From the IMG/VR virus record IMGVR_UViG_3300009159_000032: DNA of 64,000 bases; one strand, 5' to 3'. Of this stretch, positions 61,239-64,000 are shown in pieces; the stretch's first letter is position 1; each line of letters starts with the position of its first letter. The stretch is from a virus. The position numbers and the translations under genes were made by a program. The notes below the pieces were generated by a model. The model saw only the letters and a program-made list of their open reading frames with translations. It did no database searches and was not told the origin of the DNA.

Positions 61239-62492
61239 ATGACATCAGTAATGAAGACCGAAAAGGTTAAAAAAGCAGTTCCTACTAAAGAATACACTGC
61301 TTCAGAAAAATCCAAAATTTTAGATAAACTTATCACTGCCCGTGTAGGTTTATTGTTGCGTCATCCGTTTTTTGGCAATCTTGCTACACGTATGAAATTA
61401 ATTGATGCCAGTGATTGGTGTCCTACACTAGCCACAGACGGACGTAATTTTTATTACAATAACGATTTTGTTTACAAGTTAAAACCAAAAGAAGCAGAGT
61501 TTGGCTTTGCTCACGAAGTATTGCACAATGTATTTGATCACATGGGGCGTCGTGATCATCGAGATCCAGTTATTTCTAACATTTCCGCAGACTATGCCGC
61601 AAATCAAATTCTTAAAGATGAAGGTATTGGAGAAGTTCCAAGTTGGATTAAAATTTATCAAGACAACAAATATCGTGGCTGGAGTTACGAACAGATTTAT
61701 GAAGAGCTCGAATCCAAAGCAACTAAAATTGATTTAAGTACACTTGGAGAGTTACTCGACGAACATTTGGATGGTGAAGGTGACGACGGTGACGAGGATG
61801 AAAACGGCAACAAAAATGGTAGCGGTCGTCCAAAATTAACTGCTGAAGAAAAGAAAGCAATCAAAGACGAAATTAAAGAAGCTATGGTTGCGGCTGCTCA
61901 GGCTGCAGGTGCCGGGCGTGTACCGGCAGGTGTACAACGTCTAATCCAAACTTTTACTGAACCTAAAATGGATTGGCGTCAAATGTTGCGTATGAATATC
62001 CAAAGCATTATTAAAAGCAATTTTAGTTTTGCTCGTCCAAATCGCAAGTCACAGCACTGCGGTGCAATTTTGCCCGGTTTGATGAACGAAGAAACAATCG
62101 ATGTAGCAGTAGCTATTGATATGAGTGGCAGTATTTCGGACAAAATGGCCAATGACTTTATCAGTGAAGTCAAAGGTATTATGGACGAATATGTTGACTT
62201 TAAATTGGATCTATGGTGTTTTGATACAGCAGTGTATGGTTACCAACAATTCACAGGCGATAACGCTGACGAAATTATGGAATACAAATGCAAAGGAGGT
62301 GGTGGCACTGACTTTGATGTTAACTACGAGTTCATGAAAGAAAACGACATCAATCCAAAACGTTTCATTATGTTTACAGACGGCTATCCTTGCGGTAGCT
62401 GGGGTGACGAGGATTATTGCGAATCATTGTTCATTGTACACGGAAATGATAAGATCATTTCTCCATTCGGCCAGACTGCACATTATAAATAA
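61239..62492 (+). CDS. metallopeptidase-like (HExxH) + vWA domain protein (DUF2201-like)
   Basis: ATDG, AHEVLH, MIDAS motif IDMSGS, GGGTDF, FTDG. Start MTSVMK. Confidence 0.85.
   Translation: MTSVMKTEKVKKAVPTKEYTASEKSKILDKLITARVGLLLRHPFFGNLATRMKLIDASDWCPTLATDGRNFYYNNDFVYKLKPKEAEFGFAHEVLHNVFDHMGRRDHRDPVISNISADYAANQILKDEGIGEVPSWIKIYQDNKYRGWSYEQIYEELESKATKIDLSTLGELLDEHLDGEGDDGDEDENGNKNGSGRPKLTAEEKKAIKDEIKEAMVAAAQAAGAGRVPAGVQRLIQTFTEPKMDWRQMLRMNIQSIIKSNFSFARPNRKSQHCGAILPGLMNEETIDVAVAIDMSGSISDKMANDFISEVKGIMDEYVDFKLDLWCFDTAVYGYQQFTGDNADEIMEYKCKGGGGTDFDVNYEFMKENDINPKRFIMFTDGYPCGSWGDEDYCESLFIVHGNDKIISPFGQTAHYK
62484..62491 (+). promoter_or_regulatory. T4 late promoter consensus TATAAATA
   Basis: Exact consensus upstream of 62505. 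Confidence 0.6.
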
Positions 62493-62504
62493 AGTAGGTA
62501 TATT

Positions 62505-62783
62505 ATGGGAATAAGCAAAGGTAAGGTGAATCCGTTAAATGTTTTAAATGTAAGACGTTTGAATCGAATTCCTCCAAACTTTGCTAAGATCCATCTAAAA
62601 GATTTTTTTGATATTCAAAAACTCGATAGCTGGATCTACCTAAATCTCGACAGTAGATACTGTGTCAGAAAAACCAGTGTCATAAGTGATAATAAGCTAA
62701 TTACTGTTGTTGAGGTAGGGGTTGAAGAAGCTAAAGAACTTTCTATGTTAACTTTAGCCTGCCCATTACTAGATAAACAATAA
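62505..62783 (+). CDS. hypothetical protein
   Basis: 92 aa ORF. Confidence 0.7.
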   Translation: MGISKGKVNPLNVLNVRRLNRIPPNFAKIHLKDFFDIQKLDSWIYLNLDSRYCVRKTSVISDNKLITVVEVGVEEAKELSMLTLACPLLDKQ

Positions 62784-62792
62784 GGAAATATA

Positions 62793-62993
62793 ATGTCAGA
62801 AGAACAAAAAGGTCCAGAATTAACTGTAACAGATTTACAGAATATTCGTGCTATTATTGATGTGGCTGCAACACGCGGTGCGTTTAAGGCTGCAGAGATG
62901 ACTGCTGTTGGAACAGTTTTTAATAAATTAGACACATTTTTAAATGCTGTTACTCCTGCCCAGCCCGCAGATCAACCTGCGGCAACTGAATGA
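62793..62993 (+). CDS. hypothetical protein
   Basis: 66 aa with AAGGA SD. Confidence 0.75.
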   Translation: MSEEQKGPELTVTDLQNIRAIIDVAATRGAFKAAEMTAVGTVFNKLDTFLNAVTPAQPADQPAATE

Positions 62994-63004
62994 GGAATCA
63001 CAAT

Positions 63005-63622
63005 ATGAAACACGTTGGAAAAATGAAAAATAACGGGGCTCGAGTAGCCGTTGCGTTTAGAACTATTCCTGGAGATCCGCATAGTGCCTTAGTAATTGGT
63101 ACCAACGGGTTAGCTGATGCTTATCACGATTCTCTCATGAGTCTGATTGAATCAGAAGGTGCTCAACAAGCCAACGAATTAGCAGATGTACTTGCTGTTC
63201 GCAAATTCCCAGATGGTAGCAATATGTTAGAATGGTTGCATAGCCGAGGAAGTCTTAAAAAGGTTCCAACTAATCTAGTGTTAATGACTCCGGACACAAA
63301 AAGTTCAATTCAATTAGACGAATTGAATATATTGATTGCAGACCAAAAAGGTCTAACATTAGAACAACTTGCAATCACCGAAGGTGAAATGATTGTTGTA
63401 GAACCTAATGCTCCAGCAACACAGAACAAATGGGACAAGGCTAGAGAAGATCGAGCCACTGCCAAGGCAGCAAAAGAAGAAGCAGAAATGGTTTCATCTA
63501 TTTCTCTAAGTCCTGCAGAAATGCGGTCACGTGCAGATGCACTTTATAAAGAAGCTGCAAGACTACGTAAAGAAGCAGATGCTGTTGATCCGCCAAAAAA
63601 GAAAACTAAAGTTGAAGCATAA
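63005..63622 (+). CDS. hypothetical protein
   Basis: GAGG SD before MKHVGK, with a coiled C-terminus. Confidence 0.8.
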   Translation: MKHVGKMKNNGARVAVAFRTIPGDPHSALVIGTNGLADAYHDSLMSLIESEGAQQANELADVLAVRKFPDGSNMLEWLHSRGSLKKVPTNLVLMTPDTKSSIQLDELNILIADQKGLTLEQLAITEGEMIVVEPNAPATQNKWDKAREDRATAKAAKEEAEMVSSISLSPAEMRSRADALYKEAARLRKEADAVDPPKKKTKVEA

Positions 63623-63649
63623 AAAAAGCACCCTTGGGTGCTTTTTTTT
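63621..63649. terminator. bidirectional intrinsic terminator
   Basis: aaaaaaagcaccc-tt-gggtgcttttttt between convergent genes. Confidence 0.85.
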
Positions 63650-63998
63650 AGACCAATATTTCTATAATTCCTAAATCACCGTCAAAGTCTTGAAGTGCTT
63701 TACCAACTACTGCCAAAGGATTCACTGTAGATGTACGGCGAACTTCAGCATAACCTACAGTATCTGACGATACTAGGATATTACCCTTGCGTACAGGACC
63801 TTTAACTTTACAAGGTACCCGCCCTTTTAATGCAATTGCAACACCACCAAACAACTCACTATTCATTAGATAAGCAGGATTAGTTGATACAACTCCAATT
63901 ACTGCATCACATTCATATTCATCACAAACTGTAACTTCAGCACTACCACCAATTTTTAAAACAGTGCCAGATTCATATTCAGCATCAGCTAGATAGTT
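63648..63998 (-). CDS. C-terminal chaperone domain of a fibre protein; gene begins beyond the window
   Basis: Frame open to the edge: NYLADAEYESGTVLKIGG...STNPAYLMN...GRVPCKV...VGKAL. Confidence 0.85.
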   Translation of the reverse strand, partial: NYLADAEYESGTVLKIGGSAEVTVCDEYECDAVIGVVSTNPAYLMNSELFGGVAIALKGRVPCKVKGPVRKGNILVSSDTVGYAEVRRTSTVNPLAVVGKALQDFDGDLGIIEILV

Positions 63999-64000
63999 TT

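Overview
This is an AT-rich segment of a large lytic, T4-like dsDNA phage. Spanins with a lipobox point to a Gram-negative host. It is almost all on the + strand and uses the standard genetic code. In order it contains: a UvsE endonuclease (cut by the window edge); a 17-kb tail/baseplate module (gp9/gp10-type anchored fibre, collagen-like fibres, S8 protease); a sigma70-driven accessory block (DnaE-like fragment, GroES, NTP pyrophosphohydrolase, desaturase, cytidylyltransferase, phosphoesterase, hydroxylase, clamp loader); phoH on the - strand; a lysis cassette; dnaJ-def-clpA; a late-promoter cluster at 34.6-44.1 kb; family B polymerase and a probable clamp; a 7-deazaguanine DNA-modification cluster containing a glycosyltransferase and a nucleotide-sugar dehydrogenase; RNase H-like exonuclease; a MoxR ATPase/vWA pair; and a partial fibre gene on the - strand. 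The strongest candidate for an undescribed system is 34.6-44.1 kb. Eight ORFs there start with leaders resembling the T4 capsid-targeting sequence. Several look like polyproteins whose modules are separated by hydrophobic-X-Glu prohead-protease-like sites. Four of those junctions share a GC-rich DNA motif (aGGTGTGGCGGAAGG-like), and two junctions would expose internal signal peptides. The predicted cargo includes a triple nucleotidyltransferase, a SOD and a LysM-GH19 hydrolase. All calls come from motifs read by eye; no database searches were run.
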